Origin: Defluviicoccus sp.
Lineage (GTDB): Bacteria > Pseudomonadota > Alphaproteobacteria > MPNO01
Direction: 5' to 3'
Assembly: GCA_022826125.1 (NCBI GenBank)
Contig: JAJDVM010000319.1
Location: 1,181-65,180, forward strand
Length of the DNA stretch: 64,000 nt
Made by a program: the position numbers and the translations under genes. Positions 36,275 through 45,773 of this stretch are shown one piece after another (the stretch's first letter is position 1; every line of letters begins with the position of its first letter). The notes under the pieces were generated by a model. It did not search any database. It had not been told where the DNA came from and saw nothing but the letters and a program-made list of their open reading frames with translations.

Positions 36275-37897
36275 CTACCTTGGCGAGGCTTCCCGAGCTT
36301 CCGCAAGTGCCTCCGGCGTATCGACATCGCGCAGGACGCCCGGGTCGGCCATCTCCACCTCCACCACGGACTCCGGGTGCTTCCCGATCAGGTCGCGCGC
36401 GCCGGCGTCGCCCTTGATCGCGCGCATTTCCGCAAAGAAATCCCGGTGCCAGAGCGAGGGGTTGCCACGTTTGCCGTCATGGGTCGCGACGCAGATGGCG
36501 GGTTCGTCCCCGTCTTCGAAGGCCTCGACAAGCCGCGCCGTGTGCTCGGCGGTGACGTGCGGCATGTCGCCGAGGCAGATCAGCGCGCCCGCAACCTCGT
36601 CGGGGACGGCCTCGAGCGCTGCCCTGAGGGAACCGGACATACCGGCGGCATAGTTCGGATTGTGGACGAACCGCACGGGCCTGGCGGCAAGCACCGCGCG
36701 GATTTTTTCTTCCTCGTACCCCGTCACCACCAGCACCGGGTCCGCGCCCGAGGCGAGAACCGCGTCGACCGCGCGGACCACCATCGGGACGCCCTCTATC
36801 TCCGCCAGCAGCTTGTTGACCTTGCCCATGCGGCGCGATCGGCCGGCGGCCAGGACGATGCCTGCGACGCCGTTTTCTCCGGTTTCGGCGCCCCGGCTGT
36901 CGTGCGGCACCGGCCGGCTCGCCGTTTCCTTGAGCAGCCCGCCTGCTCCCAGGCTCGCGATATCGGCGCTCGATACCTCCACCCCGGCGACAATACGCTG
37001 CAGCACGCGGTCGAAGCCGTGCGTCCGGGGCGATCGCGCCGAGCCCGGCAGTCCCAGCACGTGCATCTCTCCAAGCCGGCCGACGAGCGTCAGATGTCCG
37101 GGGTCCACCGGCATGCCGAGCCGCACGATCGTCCCGCCCGCGCGGATCAGCGCCGACGGAGCCACGTCCCGCCGGTCGACGATGGCGGACGCGCCGAGGA
37201 TCAGGGCGACGTCGATGCCGTCTTTCCGGAACGATTCGAGGCAGTCCGCCACCGCGCCCTCGTCATGGACGACCCGCTCCGACCGGTCGAGTGTGCAGCC
37301 CAGCGGTTCCACGCGTTTGCGCGTAACCGCGAGGGTCTTTTCGAAAAGAGACTCCTTCCGGCCCCCCAGCACGGTCTGGATCAGCCCGAAACGCCGCGCC
37401 GAGAAGGGCGCGATCCGAACCGGCGGCTCCGGCGCCCTGGCCAACGCCGCCACGGCATCGAGAACCGTCTCCTCCAGCGCGAAGGGGATGATCTTGACGA
37501 CGGCGGCAACGGCGCGGGCAGGCACCATCCGCCAAGGTGCGACCGTCGCGATCGTGACGGCTTCGTCGACGGCGTTGATTGCATGGACGCGCTCGACATC
37601 CACGACCGCCAGGCCGGCCGCGGCCGCGCGCAGATTGGCCCGCCCGGTGAAGGCGTTGTCGACCGTGAGCCCGTCCCCGCGAAAGGCCTCGGCCAGCCTG
37701 AGCGCCGCCTCGTCCTCGCCGACGTCGCCGGCTTCCAGCCGGGCGGTAACGACTTCCTCGAGCCCCGCCCGGCCGAGCGCCAAAATATCGTCGCCGGTTA
37801 GCCGGTGCCCTTTCTTCAGGGTGCGGTCGGCCAGCGTCGTCGCGTGCGCGAGCAGCGCGCCTTCGGCCAGCGCGAGGGGCGTCGGGCCGAACTTCAC
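36275..37897 (-). CDS. Molybdopterin-binding (MoeA/CinA-like) domain fused to MobA/MocA-like nucleotidyltransferase
   Basis: 540 aa from GTG 37895-37897, which overlaps the XdhC stop (GTGA). The C-terminal half contains GIVLAAGRSRRMG (MobA-like NTP-transferase). The N-terminal half is MoCF-biosynthesis-like. Confidence 0.8.
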   Translation of the reverse strand: MKFGPTPLALAEGALLAHATTLADRTLKKGHRLTGDDILALGRAGLEEVVTARLEAGDVGEDEAALRLAEAFRGDGLTVDNAFTGRANLRAAAAGLAVVDVERVHAINAVDEAVTIATVAPWRMVPARAVAAVVKIIPFALEETVLDAVAALARAPEPPVRIAPFSARRFGLIQTVLGGRKESLFEKTLAVTRKRVEPLGCTLDRSERVVHDEGAVADCLESFRKDGIDVALILGASAIVDRRDVAPSALIRAGGTIVRLGMPVDPGHLTLVGRLGEMHVLGLPGSARSPRTHGFDRVLQRIVAGVEVSSADIASLGAGGLLKETASRPVPHDSRGAETGENGVAGIVLAAGRSRRMGKVNKLLAEIEGVPMVVRAVDAVLASGADPVLVVTGYEEEKIRAVLAARPVRFVHNPNYAAGMSGSLRAALEAVPDEVAGALICLGDMPHVTAEHTARLVEAFEDGDEPAICVATHDGKRGNPSLWHRDFFAEMRAIKGDAGARDLIGKHPESVVEVEMADPGVLRDVDTPEALAEAREASPR

Positions 37898-38604
37898 GCG
37901 GCGACGCGCTCCTTGTCGTGCAGCCTCTGGGTCACCTGGGCGAGAATGGAGACCGCGATCTCGGCCGGAGAAACGGCACCCAGCGAGAGCCCGACGGGGC
38001 CGTGGATGCGTCCGATCTCGTCCGGTGCGAACCCCGACTCCGTAAGCCGTCCGACGCGTGCGGCATGGGTCTTCCGGCTCCCCAGCGCACCGATATAGAA
38101 GGCGTCCGAACGCAGCACGGCGGCGAGCGCCGGATCGTCGATCTTCGGGTCGTGGGTGAGCGTCACCACCGCGGTGCGCCGGTCGGGATCGAGCGGCGGC
38201 ATCGCTTCGTCGGGCCATTCGTTGACCAGGGTGACGCCCGGGAACCGGTCGTCGGTCGCGAACGAGCCGCGCGGGTCGATCACCGTCACGTCATAGCCTG
38301 CCACCGACGCCATTCTCGCGAGCGGCTGGGCGATATGAACCGCGCCCACGATGAGCAGCCGGAGCGGCGGGTTGAACACCTCGACGAACATGTCTCCGTC
38401 CGAGCCCACGACGGTGCCCGACCTGTCGTCGCGAATGGCGTCGTCCACCGCCTGGCGCAGCCCGGTATCGACCTCGATCTCGCCCTCGTCCGCGCCGTCG
38501 AGATAGAGGATGGACTGGCCTCCGCTTTCCAGATGGGTGACCAGCGCGAACTGTCGTTTCGCCTCGCGGCCGGCGAGGACGCGTTGCAATGTCTCCGTCT
38601 TCAT
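37894..38604 (-). CDS. XdhC/CoxI-family Moco insertion chaperone (Rossmann-containing)
   Basis: 236 aa. LLIVGAVHIAQPLARMASVAGYDVTVIDPR Rossmann motif, FYIGALGSRKTHAAR. Confidence 0.88.
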   Translation of the reverse strand: MKTETLQRVLAGREAKRQFALVTHLESGGQSILYLDGADEGEIEVDTGLRQAVDDAIRDDRSGTVVGSDGDMFVEVFNPPLRLLIVGAVHIAQPLARMASVAGYDVTVIDPRGSFATDDRFPGVTLVNEWPDEAMPPLDPDRRTAVVTLTHDPKIDDPALAAVLRSDAFYIGALGSRKTHAARVGRLTESGFAPDEIGRIHGPVGLSLGAVSPAEIAVSILAQVTQRLHDKERVAA

Positions 38605-38952
38605 CTAGTCGAGTTTCTCCACATAGACATGGACCTGACCGCCGCAGGCGAGGCCGACCTCCCAGGCGAGCTCGTTGGTCACGCCGTATTCGAGGACCTT
38701 CGGCTTGCCGGTCTCGATCACTTCCTGGGCTTCGTGGATCACCGCGCCCTCGATACAGCCGCCCGAGACCGAGCCCACGAAGTTCTGGCCGGAATCGATG
38801 GCAAGGTGGCTGCCGACCGGTCGCGGCGAGGAACCCCACGTCCTGATGACGGTGGCGATGGCCACGTCGCGGCCGTCCTCGCGCCAGGCGCGGGCCTCGT
38901 TGAGCACGTCGTCGTCCTTCGAAATCGCGGTCACGCCAGCATCTGCAGCCAT
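38605..38952 (-). CDS. XdhC/CoxI N-terminal-domain-only protein
   Basis: 115 aa. VAIATVIRTWGSSPRPVGSHLAI...GSVSGGCIEGAV. The TAG stop is followed in frame by the ATG of the next XdhC gene. The start is uncertain; GTG 38934 is an alternative. Confidence 0.8.
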   Translation of the reverse strand: MAADAGVTAISKDDDVLNEARAWREDGRDVAIATVIRTWGSSPRPVGSHLAIDSGQNFVGSVSGGCIEGAVIHEAQEVIETGKPKVLEYGVTNELAWEVGLACGGQVHVYVEKLD

Positions 38953-40187
38953 TTGTCCATCCCTTCCCTGCGCCGCACCGAGGGCCGGCCCAGCGCTTCG
39001 ATCAACTCTTCCAGGCTCAGGAGATTGTGCACGGGGCGGAACTCGTCAACAAACGGAAGCAGCGACCTGATTCCCTGCGAACGCGGCTCGAACCCCTCGA
39101 AACGAAGCAGGGGGTTGAGCCAGATCAGCCGGCGGCAGGATTTGTGCAGCCGCTCGATCTCGCCGTGGAGGCCGCGCCCGGCGTCGCGGTCGAGCCCGTC
39201 GCTGATCAGCAGCACCACCGCGCCCTGTCCGAGCACCCGCCGCGACCAGTAGTGATTGAATTCCTTGAGCGACTCCCCGATCCGCGTGCCGCCTGACCAA
39301 TCCTCGACGGATTCCGCCACCCGGGTCAGCGCGATGTCGATGTCGCGCTGGCGCAGATGCCGCGTGACGTTGGTAAGCCTGGTTCCGAACAGGAAAGTGT
39401 GCACCCGGTCGCGGTCGTTGGTCAGCGTGTGCATGAAGTGGAGGAACATGCGGGTATAGCGGCTCATCGAGCCGGAGATGTCGCAGACGATCACGAGCGG
39501 CGGCAGGCGCGTCGCCCGCTTTCGCCACTTGAGCGGGATCGTCGCGCCGCCGGACCGCAGCGCTGCGCGCAGCGTCGAGCGCATGTCCACCCGTATCCGG
39601 CGCTTGTCGGGGCGGAACCGCCTGGTCGGGATTTCCGCGATCGGCAGGCGCATGCGCGCGATCGCCGCCTTGGCGCGGGCGATCTCGTCCGCGCTCATGT
39701 CCTCGAAATCCATCTCCTGCAGGAGCTCGTTGGCCGATGCGGTCATCGCCGCGTCGAGCTCTATTTCCCGGTCCCGTTCCTCTTCCTCCTCCGTATCGGA
39801 CTCGTCGTTCGGGTTGAGCGCTTCGAGCAGCCGGCGGCTCGGCGGTTCCGGCGGGGGCGCCGCGACCTCGGCCTCCGGCATGACGATGCCCATCATGCGT
39901 TCCAGGATCTTCGGATCGCGCCAGAAGATGTGAAACGCCTGGTCGAACAGGTCGTGCTGGTCGCGCCGGTTGACGAAGACCGCGTGCAGCGCCCAATAGA
40001 AATCCGACCGGTTGGTGACCCCGACTTCCCGCACCGCGCCCACCGCGTCGAGGACCTTCCCCGTGCCGACGGGAAGGCCGGCCGAGCGCAGGATACGGCC
40101 GAAATGCATCACGTTGGCCGCCAGCCGGCTGCCCTCCAGGCCGTCGAGCAGCGCGAAAGGGCCGGGCCTGCTGTCGGCCGGGCTCAT
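38931..40187 (-). CDS. VWA-domain protein, CoxE-like
   Basis: 418 aa from ATG 40185-40187, which overlaps the CoxD-like stop (ATGA). MIDAS motif LVIVCDISGSMSRY. Confidence 0.88.
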   Translation of the reverse strand: MSPADSRPGPFALLDGLEGSRLAANVMHFGRILRSAGLPVGTGKVLDAVGAVREVGVTNRSDFYWALHAVFVNRRDQHDLFDQAFHIFWRDPKILERMMGIVMPEAEVAAPPPEPPSRRLLEALNPNDESDTEEEEERDREIELDAAMTASANELLQEMDFEDMSADEIARAKAAIARMRLPIAEIPTRRFRPDKRRIRVDMRSTLRAALRSGGATIPLKWRKRATRLPPLVIVCDISGSMSRYTRMFLHFMHTLTNDRDRVHTFLFGTRLTNVTRHLRQRDIDIALTRVAESVEDWSGGTRIGESLKEFNHYWSRRVLGQGAVVLLISDGLDRDAGRGLHGEIERLHKSCRRLIWLNPLLRFEGFEPRSQGIRSLLPFVDEFRPVHNLLSLEELIEALGRPSVRRREGMDKWLQMLA

Positions 40188-41107
40188 GGCTGGATTTGCG
40201 CGAGCTGGCTCTTGACCTCGTCCAGGATCCGGGCCGCCTCGCTGCCCCGCATCTTCTCGATGTCGTCCTGGTACTTGAGCAGGACGCCGAGCGTCGAATT
40301 GACGGTTTCGGGGTCGAGATCGATCTTGTCGAGCTGGATCAGCGCGTTGGTCCAGTCGATGGTCTCGGCAACCCCGGGCAGCTTGAACAGGTCCTTGTTG
40401 CGCAGCTCCTGGACGAACGCGACTACCTGGCGCGACAGCTCCTCGCCCGCACCCGGCACCTTGACCTTGAGGATTTCGAGTTCGCGCGCGGCATCGGGGT
40501 AGTCGACCCAGAAATAGAAGCACCGACGTTTGATCGCGTCGTGGATCTCGCGCGTCCGGTTCGACGTGATGACGACGATCGGCGGCGTCGATGCGCTGAC
40601 GGTCCCGATCTCGGGGATGGTCGTCTGGAAATCGGACAGCAGCTCGAGCAGGAACGCCTCGAACGGCTCGTCGGTGCGGTCGAGCTCGTCGATCAGCAGC
40701 ACCGGCGGCAGGCCCGACACGTCCGCTTCGAGGGCCTGCAGGAGCGGGCGCTTGATCAGGAACCGCTCCGAGAAGATGCCCTTCTCGATGCGCTCGCGGT
40801 CGGTCTCGCCCGTTGCCTCGGCGATCCGGATGTCGATCATCTGGAGGCTGTAGTTCCACTCATAGACCGCCGAGGAAACGTCCAGCCCTTCGTAACATTG
40901 CAGGCGGATCAGCCGCCGCCCCAGCGCCTCCGACAGGACCTTGCCGATCTCGGTCTTGCCCACGCCTGCTTCGCCTTCGAGAAACAGCGGACGTTCCAGC
41001 CTGAGCGCCAGGAACAGCGCCGTCGCCAGCGACCGGTCCGCGACATACCGGCCTTCGGCCAGCATCCGGAGGACGGCATCGACGGACTCTGGAAGGGATG
41101 ACTTCAT
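40184..41107 (-). CDS. MoxR-type AAA+ ATPase, CoxD-like
   Basis: Walker A LEGEAGVGKTE, Walker B LLIDELDR. ATG 41105-41107 is preferred over the longer track ORF. Confidence 0.9.
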   Translation of the reverse strand: MKSSLPESVDAVLRMLAEGRYVADRSLATALFLALRLERPLFLEGEAGVGKTEIGKVLSEALGRRLIRLQCYEGLDVSSAVYEWNYSLQMIDIRIAEATGETDRERIEKGIFSERFLIKRPLLQALEADVSGLPPVLLIDELDRTDEPFEAFLLELLSDFQTTIPEIGTVSASTPPIVVITSNRTREIHDAIKRRCFYFWVDYPDAARELEILKVKVPGAGEELSRQVVAFVQELRNKDLFKLPGVAETIDWTNALIQLDKIDLDPETVNSTLGVLLKYQDDIEKMRGSEAARILDEVKSQLAQIQP

Positions 41108-41258
41108 CGGCGCGCTCGGGCGGTTGGTCCGGGCTGGATCGAACGGCGTCACCGCCAAATCTCCATTCGCTGCGATGTTGCGAAAATGCCGGGAGGCCGA
41201 CGCTGGCGTCGACCTCCCTCGGAATCCGTGCGGGCTCTGTCGCGCCCGCCCGCCGCGC

Positions 41259-42056
41259 TCAGCCGTTGGCCTGGGCGACGGCGCGCTTGGCCATCACCGT
41301 TACCAGATGGGCCCGGTACTCCGCGCTCGCGTGGATGTCGCTGTTGAGGTCGCCGTCGCCGATCTTGATGTCGGCCACGGCCTCCGGCGCGAAATTCCCG
41401 GCGAGCGCCTGTTCCATCTCCGCCACCCGGAAGACGCAGGCGCCGGCGCCGGTAACCGCGACCCTCGGCCCGCCCGACGTCGCGGCGACGAACACGCCGA
41501 CGATGGCATAACGCGATGCCGGGTTGGGGAACTTCATGTAGGCGGCCTTGGACGGCACCGGGAAACTCACGCCGGTAACCAGCTCGCCGGGTTCCAGCGC
41601 GGTCTCGAACATGCCGGTGAAGAAGTCGTCGCCCGCGATTTCGCGCCGGTTGGTGCGGACCGTGGCGCCGAGCCCGACCACCGCCGCCGGATAATCCGCC
41701 GCCGGGTCGTTGTTGGCGATCGAGCCGCCGATGGTACCGCGGTTGCGCACCTGCGGATCGCCGATACCGCCGGCGAGCCTGGCGAGCGCCGGAATGGCGG
41801 CCGCGACCTCGCTCGACGCGTTGACCTCGGCGTGGCGGGCCATGCCGCCGATCTCCACCGTGCCGCCGGACACGGAGATCCCGGCGAGGCCGTCGACACC
41901 CGCGAGGTCGACCAGGTCGGACGGGTTGGCGAGGCGCTGCTTGATGGTGGGGATGATCGTCATCCCGCCCGCGAGGAAGCGGCCGTCGTCCGCGCCCGTG
42001 ACGGCGCTGACGGCATCCTCGACCGACGATGCCTTGCGGTAGGTGAAATCGTACAT
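41259..42056 (-). CDS. Molybdenum hydroxylase FAD-binding medium subunit (CoxM-like)
   Basis: 265 aa. FLAGGMTIIPTIK and GTIGGSIANNDPAADYPA FAD motifs. AGGAGG SD. Confidence 0.9.
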   Translation of the reverse strand: MYDFTYRKASSVEDAVSAVTGADDGRFLAGGMTIIPTIKQRLANPSDLVDLAGVDGLAGISVSGGTVEIGGMARHAEVNASSEVAAAIPALARLAGGIGDPQVRNRGTIGGSIANNDPAADYPAAVVGLGATVRTNRREIAGDDFFTGMFETALEPGELVTGVSFPVPSKAAYMKFPNPASRYAIVGVFVAATSGGPRVAVTGAGACVFRVAEMEQALAGNFAPEAVADIKIGDGDLNSDIHASAEYRAHLVTVMAKRAVAQANG

Positions 42057-42068
42057 GCTCTATTCCTC

Positions 42069-44447
42069 CTAGGACGCGTTGGCCGACTGGATGGCCTGCC
42101 ACACGCTCTCCGACGTGACCGGCATGTCGACGTGGTTGACGCCGTGCGACCGGAGCGCGTCGACCACCGCGTTGACGACCGCGGGCGGCGCGCCGATCGC
42201 CCCGATCTCGCCGACGCCTTTGGCGCCGAGCGGGTTCATCGGGCAGGGCGTCTCGGTGTGGTCGAGATCGAAGCTCGGCACCGTATCGGCCCTCGGCAGG
42301 GTGTAGTCCATCAGCGAGCCGGTCAGCGGCTGCCCGTTCTCGTCGAACACCGCCCCTTCCATCAGCGCCTGCCCGATGCCGTGAGCGAGCCCGCCATGGA
42401 CCTGCCCCTCGACGATCATCGGGTTGACGATGGTGCCCACGTCGTCGACCGCGGTGAAGCGTTCCACCGAGACCGAGCCGGTTTCCGGATCGACCTCCAC
42501 CTCGCAGACATAGGACGCGAAGGGGAAGTTGAAGTTCACCGGATCGAAAAACGCCTGTTCGTCGAGCCCGGGCTCCAGCTCCTCCAGCGGGTAGTTGTGC
42601 GGCACATAGGCCGCGAACGCCACCTCGCCGATGCCGATCGTCCGGTCGGTGCCGGAAACGGTGAACGTGCCGCTGTCGAACTCGATATCGTCGACCGAGG
42701 CCTCGAGAAGGTGGGAAGCGATCTTCTTGCCCTTCTCGATGATCTTGTCCATCGCCCGGTCGATCGCGCTGCCGCCCACCGAGAGCGAGCGGGAGCCGTA
42801 GGTTCCCATCCCCATGACCGCCCGGTCGGTATCGCCCTCGACGACCTCGACGTTCTCGAGCGGCACGCCGAGCTTGTCGGTGACGAGCTGGGCGAAGGTG
42901 GTCTCGTGCCCCTGGCCGTGGTTATGGGTGCCGGCGAACACGGTGACGGTGCCCGTCGCATTGAAACGGACCTGGGCCGACTCGTAGAGACCGGCCCGCG
43001 CCCCGAGCTGGCCCGCGATGGCGGACGGCGCCGCCCCGGTCGCCTCGATCGGCGAGGCGATGCCGATCCCGCGCAGCTTTCCGTTGGCTTCCGACGCGCT
43101 CCTGCGCGCGGCGAACCCACTCCAGTCCGACTTCTCCAGCGCGATATCGAGCGCGCGCTCGTAGGAGCCCGAATCGTAGAGCAGGGCCACCGGCGTCTGG
43201 TAGGGGAAGGCGTCGTCGGCGATGAAGTTGCGCTTTCTGATCTCCACCGGGTCGATCCCGGTCGCCTGCGCCGCCTCGTCGATCACCCTCTCGAGGAGAT
43301 AGGTGGCCTCCGGCCGACCTGCGCCGCGCAGTGCATCGACCGGGGAGGTGTTGGTAAACACCGCCTTGACGTTGCACGAGATCGCCGGAGTGGTGTACTG
43401 GCCGGCGAAAAGCGTCGCGTAAAGGAAGGTCGGGATCAGCGGCGCGAAGGCCGAGAGATAGGCTCCCATATTGGCGATCGTGTTGACCCGGAGGCCGGTG
43501 AACCCGCCGTCGGCGTCGAGCGCGAGCTCGACCTCGGTCACGTGGTCGCGGCCGTGCGCGTCGGTCACGAAGCACTCCGCCCGCTGTCCCAGCCAGCGTA
43601 CCGGCCGCTCCAGCTTCCGCGACGCCCAGCAGATGATCGCGTACTCGGCATAGGGCGCGACCTTGGACCCGAATCCGCCCCCGACATCCGGCGCGACCAC
43701 CCGGAACTTGTGCTCGGGCTGGTTGAGCACGAAGGCGCCGAGCAGCAGGCGCATCGCGTGCGCCGCCTGGGCGGTGCAGTAGAGGGTGAGCTTTTCCTCG
43801 CCCTTGTCGTACTCGGCCACCGCCGCGCGCGGCTCCATGGAATGCGGGATGATGCGCTGGTTGACGAGTTCCAGCCGCGCGGTGTGCGCTGCCGCCTCGA
43901 AAGCCGCGTCAACCGCCTCGGCCGCCTCCTCGCCGGGGAAATCCCAGTCGAAGCAGAGATTGCCGGGCGCTTCGTCGTGGATCTGCGCTGCGCCGTCCAG
44001 ATGGGCGGTCTCGGTCACCGCCGCCGCATCCAGGGTCCGGTAGTCGATCTCGATGAGCTCGGCCGCGTCGGCCGCCTGGTCCGCCGTTTCGGCGATCACC
44101 GCGGCCACGATCTCGCCGACATAGCGCACCTTGCCCTGGGCGATGACCGGCCATTTGGGCTCGACCATCGGGGTGCCGTCCTTCGACGTGATACCCCAGC
44201 CGCAGGGCAGGCCCCCGATCCCGTCCGCATCGGCGTCCGGGCCGGTGAGCACGCAGACCACGCCGGGCGCGGCCTCGGCCTTCGACGTGTCGACCGACCC
44301 CAGAGCCGCGTGGCCGTGGGGGGAGCGCAGCATGTGCGCGTAGAGCTGTCCGGCCCGCACCTCGTCGTCGGTGTAGCTGCCGCGGCCGGTCAGAAAGCGG
44401 AAATCTTCCTTGCGCTTGACGGAAGCGCCAATTCCTCCCTCAGGCAT
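42069..44447 (-). CDS. Molybdopterin-binding large subunit of an aerobic-type CODH/xanthine-oxidase-family hydroxylase (form-II CoxL-like)
   Basis: 792 aa. N-terminal VKRKEDFRFLTGRGSYTDD. The active-site loop reads VDALRGAGRPEA, i.e. the AYRGAGR type and not the form-I AYxCSFR type. GGGAGG SD. Confidence 0.9.
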   Translation of the reverse strand: MPEGGIGASVKRKEDFRFLTGRGSYTDDEVRAGQLYAHMLRSPHGHAALGSVDTSKAEAAPGVVCVLTGPDADADGIGGLPCGWGITSKDGTPMVEPKWPVIAQGKVRYVGEIVAAVIAETADQAADAAELIEIDYRTLDAAAVTETAHLDGAAQIHDEAPGNLCFDWDFPGEEAAEAVDAAFEAAAHTARLELVNQRIIPHSMEPRAAVAEYDKGEEKLTLYCTAQAAHAMRLLLGAFVLNQPEHKFRVVAPDVGGGFGSKVAPYAEYAIICWASRKLERPVRWLGQRAECFVTDAHGRDHVTEVELALDADGGFTGLRVNTIANMGAYLSAFAPLIPTFLYATLFAGQYTTPAISCNVKAVFTNTSPVDALRGAGRPEATYLLERVIDEAAQATGIDPVEIRKRNFIADDAFPYQTPVALLYDSGSYERALDIALEKSDWSGFAARRSASEANGKLRGIGIASPIEATGAAPSAIAGQLGARAGLYESAQVRFNATGTVTVFAGTHNHGQGHETTFAQLVTDKLGVPLENVEVVEGDTDRAVMGMGTYGSRSLSVGGSAIDRAMDKIIEKGKKIASHLLEASVDDIEFDSGTFTVSGTDRTIGIGEVAFAAYVPHNYPLEELEPGLDEQAFFDPVNFNFPFASYVCEVEVDPETGSVSVERFTAVDDVGTIVNPMIVEGQVHGGLAHGIGQALMEGAVFDENGQPLTGSLMDYTLPRADTVPSFDLDHTETPCPMNPLGAKGVGEIGAIGAPPAVVNAVVDALRSHGVNHVDMPVTSESVWQAIQSANAS

Positions 44448-44471
44448 GTCCTGCCTCCCGGGTCAATTGTC

Positions 44472-44948
44472 TCAGGCGGTTCCCTTCATGACCGGATGCG
44501 CGGCCAGGATCGCCTTGACGATGTTGTGATAGCCCGTGCAGCGGCACAGATTGCCTTCCAGCTGATGGCGCACGGTCTTCTCGTCCAGCGTGTCGTGCCG
44601 GTTGACCATGTCGATGGCGCTCATGACCATCCCCGGCGTGCAGAACCCGCATTGCAGGGCATGGTTCTCGCGGAACGCTTCCTGCATCGGATGCAGCGTG
44701 TCGCCGTCGGCGAGCCCCTCGATGGTGACCACGTCGCAGCCCTCGGCCTGGTGCGCGAGCATCGTGCACGACTTCACCGAAATGCCGTCGACATGGACCA
44801 CGCAGGCACCGCACTGGCTGGTGTCGCAGCCTACATGGGTTCCGGTAAGAGCGAGCTTCTCGCGAAGATATTGCACGAGAAGCGTTCGGCCTTCGCACTC
44901 CGCCGAAACCTGTTTCCCGTTGACCGTCATGGAAACGGTGGATGTCAT
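44472..44948 (-). CDS. [2Fe-2S]-binding small subunit of molybdenum hydroxylase (CoxS-like)
   Basis: [12 protein letters not shown] and CGFCTPG cluster motifs. ATG 44946-44948 behind AAGGAGGG. Confidence 0.92.
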   Translation of the reverse strand: MTSTVSMTVNGKQVSAECEGRTLLVQYLREKLALTGTHVGCDTSQCGACVVHVDGISVKSCTMLAHQAEGCDVVTIEGLADGDTLHPMQEAFRENHALQCGFCTPGMVMSAIDMVNRHDTLDEKTVRHQLEGNLCRCTGYHNIVKAILAAHPVMKGTA

Positions 44949-45058
44949 GTGTGACCCTCCTTGAGTCGGCAACGCCGACCGCCGACTACTGTCGCGCGGC
45001 GATAACGCCGAACGGTCGATATCCGGGAGGCTCTCCCCTCCCTGTTCTATCGCGGCGC

Positions 45059-45087
45059 AGTATCCCGTCCGATCCCGGAAGGGTCAA
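45059..45087 (-). promoter_or_regulatory. Candidate sigma70-type promoter for the coxS-L-M-like operon
   Basis: Minus-strand reading TTGACC - 17 nt - GATACT, about 110 nt upstream of the coxS-like ATG. Pattern match only. Confidence 0.3.
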
Positions 45088-45124
45088 GACGCGCGGACGG
45101 CTCGCGGCGGCTTGTCGCGGGGCG

Positions 45125-45700
45125 TCAGCTCAGCACGATGACGAGGACGATGACGGCGATGGCGACCAGCCCCCCGATCCATACGGCTGGGCTCAACCCT
45201 TCCGATTTGGGCGGCGCCGGCGGCGCCTCGGCGGGCTCCTCGACGGCCTCCTCGGGCTCCGATCCGCCGACCGCCTCGGCGAACTTGTCGAAGAAATCGT
45301 CGGCCATCTTGCGCGCGGTGGAATCGATCAGCCGGGAGCCGATCTGGGCGAGCTTGCCGCCGACGGTTCCGTTGGCTTCGTAGGTCAGCAGCGTGCCGTC
45401 GCCGTCCTCGGCGAGCTGCACCTTGGCGCCGCCCTTGGCGAAACCCGCGACGCCGCCCTGACCCTCGCCGCTGATGGTGTAGCCGTTGGGGGGATCGATA
45501 TCGGCGAGCTCGACCTTGCCGGTGAACTTGGCGGTGACGGGGCCCACCCTGGAGGTCACGCGGGCCGAGAACTCGGTATCGGAGGTCTTGTCCAGCGACT
45601 CGCAGCCCGCGATGCACTGCTTGAGGATCTCGGGATCGTTGAGCGCGTCCCAAACCGCCTGCCGCGACGCGGGAATCCGCCGCTCGCCGGTCATCTCCAT
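45125..45700 (-). CDS. CoxG-like SRPBCC protein with C-terminal transmembrane tail
   Basis: 191 aa from ATG 45698-45700 (GGAGG SD). MEMTGERRIPASRQAVWDALNDPEILKQCIAGCESL... matches the CoxG family. Acidic/Pro linker, then WIGGLVAIAVIVLVIVLS. Confidence 0.85.
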   Translation of the reverse strand: MEMTGERRIPASRQAVWDALNDPEILKQCIAGCESLDKTSDTEFSARVTSRVGPVTAKFTGKVELADIDPPNGYTISGEGQGGVAGFAKGGAKVQLAEDGDGTLLTYEANGTVGGKLAQIGSRLIDSTARKMADDFFDKFAEAVGGSEPEEAVEEPAEAPPAPPKSEGLSPAVWIGGLVAIAVIVLVIVLS

Positions 45701-45773
45701 AGCTGCCTCCAACGCCTGTTCCGGCCTTCTCGCAGCGCAACCTAGTCCGTCGCCCCGGACCCGGCAAGCGCGG

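Noticed and set aside
38931-41107. The MoxR AAA+ ATPase plus VWA protein pair as a possible stand-alone defence or stress module.
   Set aside because: They are embedded, with overlapping stops and starts, between CoxM-like and XdhC-type genes. That is the standard CoxD/CoxE maturation context of Mo-hydroxylases.
40941-44954. 1337-aa ORF on the + strand. Similar very long ORFs occur at 28492..31083, 29432..31171, 56201..58315, 59312..61408, 24055..25827 and 20003..21856.
   Set aside because: They are antisense or out-of-frame to genes with clear family signatures. Their translations are Arg/Pro/Gly/Asp-rich without motifs, which is typical of stop-codon-poor alternative frames in high-GC DNA.
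44949-45124. A Moco riboswitch in the coxS-like leader.
   Set aside because: Only a loose resemblance exists (GCCUCCC... and an SD-complementary element). I could not reproduce the conserved Moco motif core by eye. The hairpin is reported only as a low-interest structural observation.
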